This document shows, piece after piece, positions 22,162 through 24,000 of a stretch of 24,000 bases of DNA. This stretch comes from Paenibacillus faecis (GTDB lineage: Bacteria > Bacillota > Bacilli > Paenibacillales > Paenibacillaceae): the NCBI RefSeq assembly GCF_008084145.1, contig NZ_VSDO01000004.1, positions 300,202-324,201 on the forward strand, written 5' to 3'. Both the position numbers and the translations under genes were made by a program. Position 1 is the first letter of the stretch. Every line of letters begins with the position of its first letter. Under the pieces are notes generated by a model that was not told the DNA's origin, ran no database searches, and saw only the letters and a program-made list of their open reading frames with translations.

Positions 22162-23528
22162 GCTTCTGGTTCTTCGCCAAATGCCTTGTGTTAGGCCTTT
22201 ACGGAGTTGGAATTTTCCTTTTTTGCCACAGGGTGCTCGGGACCAAGGGTTCGCCAAGAACAGCGGCCGTCGTGCTGGTCCTGTATGAAATCGGCTTTGA
22301 TTACTTGCTTCTGAACAGAGTGCTCGGCGTAAATTATTTTGTGGCGGTGACCTGCTCCTGGTTGGGACTGCTGCTGCTGATCCAGCTCTTGTTTAGAGGC
22401 AACCCCGCTCAGAAGCTGGCTATAGCTATGGTGTTATACGTCATTCAACAGCTTACCGCGTATGCGGTTGTTCCACTGCTGACACGAAGTGTGGATGTGA
22501 TGTTTGATCACTATGATGCGGTGACGCCATATTATATCAATTACTGGATCAGCACGCTTCGCTATGTGGTCTGCCTTGCTCTTCTCCATGTCATTTCCCG
22601 TCGTTGCTCCGCTTTGGGCGGCAATCTTCCGCACCGAATTTCCGCGCTTCTGCTGCTTCCCATGGCTTTTATCGTGCTGGCGTTGGAATTAGCGGCGTAT
22701 GTATTCAACACCAAACAGTTTTTTCATCTGCTCTACGTATACAAAGCTGACCCGCTGCCACTGTGGTTTTTCCAGTTTGCCGATCCGGCCGTGCTGTTCC
22801 TGCTATCCGGACTTGGCCTTGCGGCAAGCTTGAAGCTCGTCTTCGGGACCGACCACGCGATGGTTCAGCTCATGAACGAGCAGCGCCTGGCCTTGCAGAT
22901 AGCGCATTATCAGGCTCTGGAGAACCAGCACAAGGAATTGCGGCATATCCGGCACGATATGAAAAATCATGTGATCAGTCTCATGGGTTTGCTGGAAGAC
23001 CACCGTGTGAACGCCGCCCAAGTCTATTTGAACCGCCTATCCGAAAAAAGCGGGTTGCTGGCGGATTACGCAACAACCGGGAACCCCGTTGCCGATGCGA
23101 TATTATACGTTAAGGGGCAGGAGGCAAGGGAGCATGGCATCGATTTTCAATGCGACCTGCACGGGCCTGGGCTTTCCGGGATCGCGGATTTTGATCTTAG
23201 CGTCATGCTGGGCAATGCGCTGGATAATGCCATAGAGGCTTGCAACCGGATCAAGCAGCCGGACCGGCAGAAATTTGTTCGGATTCAGACCGGGGCCGCC
23301 AAGCACTTTTTTATATTGGAAATCAGGAACAGTATGGAATACGCAAGGGACCCGTCCGCGGTTCTATTAACCCGTAAGGTCCCAGCCTCATGGCACGGCA
23401 TGGGAATGGCCGGCATGAAAGCCATGGTGGAGAAGTATCGGGGGACGATGAATATCGAGTTGCAGCCCGGGGTGTTCTGTCTCTCCCTTATGCTGCCCTT
23501 GGCAAACAGGCAGGCCGACCGTTCATGA
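22158..23528 (+). CDS. Membrane sensor histidine kinase, GHKL ATPase (AgrC/LytS-like HPK10 class)
   Basis: ATG 22158 overlaps the response-regulator stop (ATGA). The N-terminal half is multi-pass hydrophobic. The H-box reads LRHIRHDMKNH, the N-box LGNALDNAIEA and the G-box HGMGMAGMKAMVEKYRG. Confidence 0.8.
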   Translation: MSFWFFAKCLVLGLYGVGIFLFCHRVLGTKGSPRTAAVVLVLYEIGFDYLLLNRVLGVNYFVAVTCSWLGLLLLIQLLFRGNPAQKLAIAMVLYVIQQLTAYAVVPLLTRSVDVMFDHYDAVTPYYINYWISTLRYVVCLALLHVISRRCSALGGNLPHRISALLLLPMAFIVLALELAAYVFNTKQFFHLLYVYKADPLPLWFFQFADPAVLFLLSGLGLAASLKLVFGTDHAMVQLMNEQRLALQIAHYQALENQHKELRHIRHDMKNHVISLMGLLEDHRVNAAQVYLNRLSEKSGLLADYATTGNPVADAILYVKGQEAREHGIDFQCDLHGPGLSGIADFDLSVMLGNALDNAIEACNRIKQPDRQKFVRIQTGAAKHFFILEIRNSMEYARDPSAVLLTRKVPASWHGMGMAGMKAMVEKYRGTMNIELQPGVFCLSLMLPLANRQADRS

Positions 23529-23620
23529 CATGCAGGCGGCCGGTTATGACGGGATGCTTTAGTTTCCTTCCTTTTTCGTCGAACATAATCGTAGATTTTG
23601 TTGAAAGGAGGGACTTGGAA

Positions 23621-24000
23621 TGAGTATTTTACCAGCCGGCGTCATGCAGGGATTGATGAGAGCATCCTCTTCCATGAAAATGGCGGATGCGTCCATGGGG
23701 GTATATCGTTGGGCGAAAGACAGCAAACAATATGACATCATGGACAGAGCGGCGGGCTATGCCTCCGTCTCCATGAAGGAGGCCGAGGCCCACAGCAAAG
23801 AGGCCGGGAAAGCGCTGGAGAAAGACCAGCGGGAGAAGCGGGCTAAGGAAAAAGCGGAGCGCGAAGCGGCGCTTGAGAAGCACCGCCAGGAGGCGGCGGC
23901 CGCCCGGGAAGCGGAGATGCGGAGGCAAAACGCAAGCAAGCCGGAGGCCGTGGACAACGGCGGTACCGGACAAGCGGAGCAGAGCCTGCCTGGCGGCCCG
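23621..24000 (+). CDS. Hypothetical protein with a charged, coiled-coil-like K/E/A-rich region; the 3' end lies outside the window
   Basis: ATG 23621 lies 8 nt after AAAGGAGGG. I read the frame by hand and it stays open to nt 24000 (MSILPAGVMQGLMRASSSMKMADASMGVYRWAKDSKQYDIMDRAAGYASVSMKEAEAHSKEAGKALEKDQREKRAKEKAEREAALEKHRQEAAAAREAEMRRQN...). It is absent from the ORF track, presumably because no stop is reached. Confidence 0.5.

Overview
This window looks like a GC-rich Firmicute chromosome, possibly Paenibacillaceae; that guess rests only on GGAGG-type ribosome-binding sites and gene content. The edges are ordinary. On the left are a DeoR C-terminus, a Pro-1 tautomerase and an AraC/GyrI regulator. 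On the right are a LytTR/GHKL two-component pair and a partial ORF. The centre, about 5.1-21.4 kb, is a dense RNA-damage and RNA-end-repair island with three parts. (1) A + strand operon carries three tandem Y-RNA-like genes, the first with a circularly permuted tRNA-like domain (YrlA type), followed by rsr (Ro60 TROVE+vWA), an RlaP-like Pol-beta nucleotidyltransferase, hen1 and pnkp. (2) A divergent - strand operon encodes a CbbQ/NorQ-like MoxR AAA+ ATPase, a VWA protein with two tandem metallopeptidase-like modules (one degenerate HALLH, one intact HEFLH), and two WYL-domain proteins. (3) After mscL comes a kptA/Tpt1, ATP-grasp, ADP-ribosylglycohydrolase trio. Two unrelated ~200-bp structured repeat families punctuate the island. 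Family 1 is an array of TTAACGGGA/TCCCGTTAA-type palindromes, with two direct copies and one inverted copy. Family 2 is built from AATAGCGG/CCGCTATT units and sits upstream of both + strand repair operons. The best candidate for something undescribed is the coupling of a MoxR-VWA-peptidase-WYL module to a Ro/Y-RNA-Pnkp-Hen1 repair operon, in the position that RtcR/RtcBA occupies in enterobacteria. All functional calls come from reading motifs in the translations; no database search was possible.
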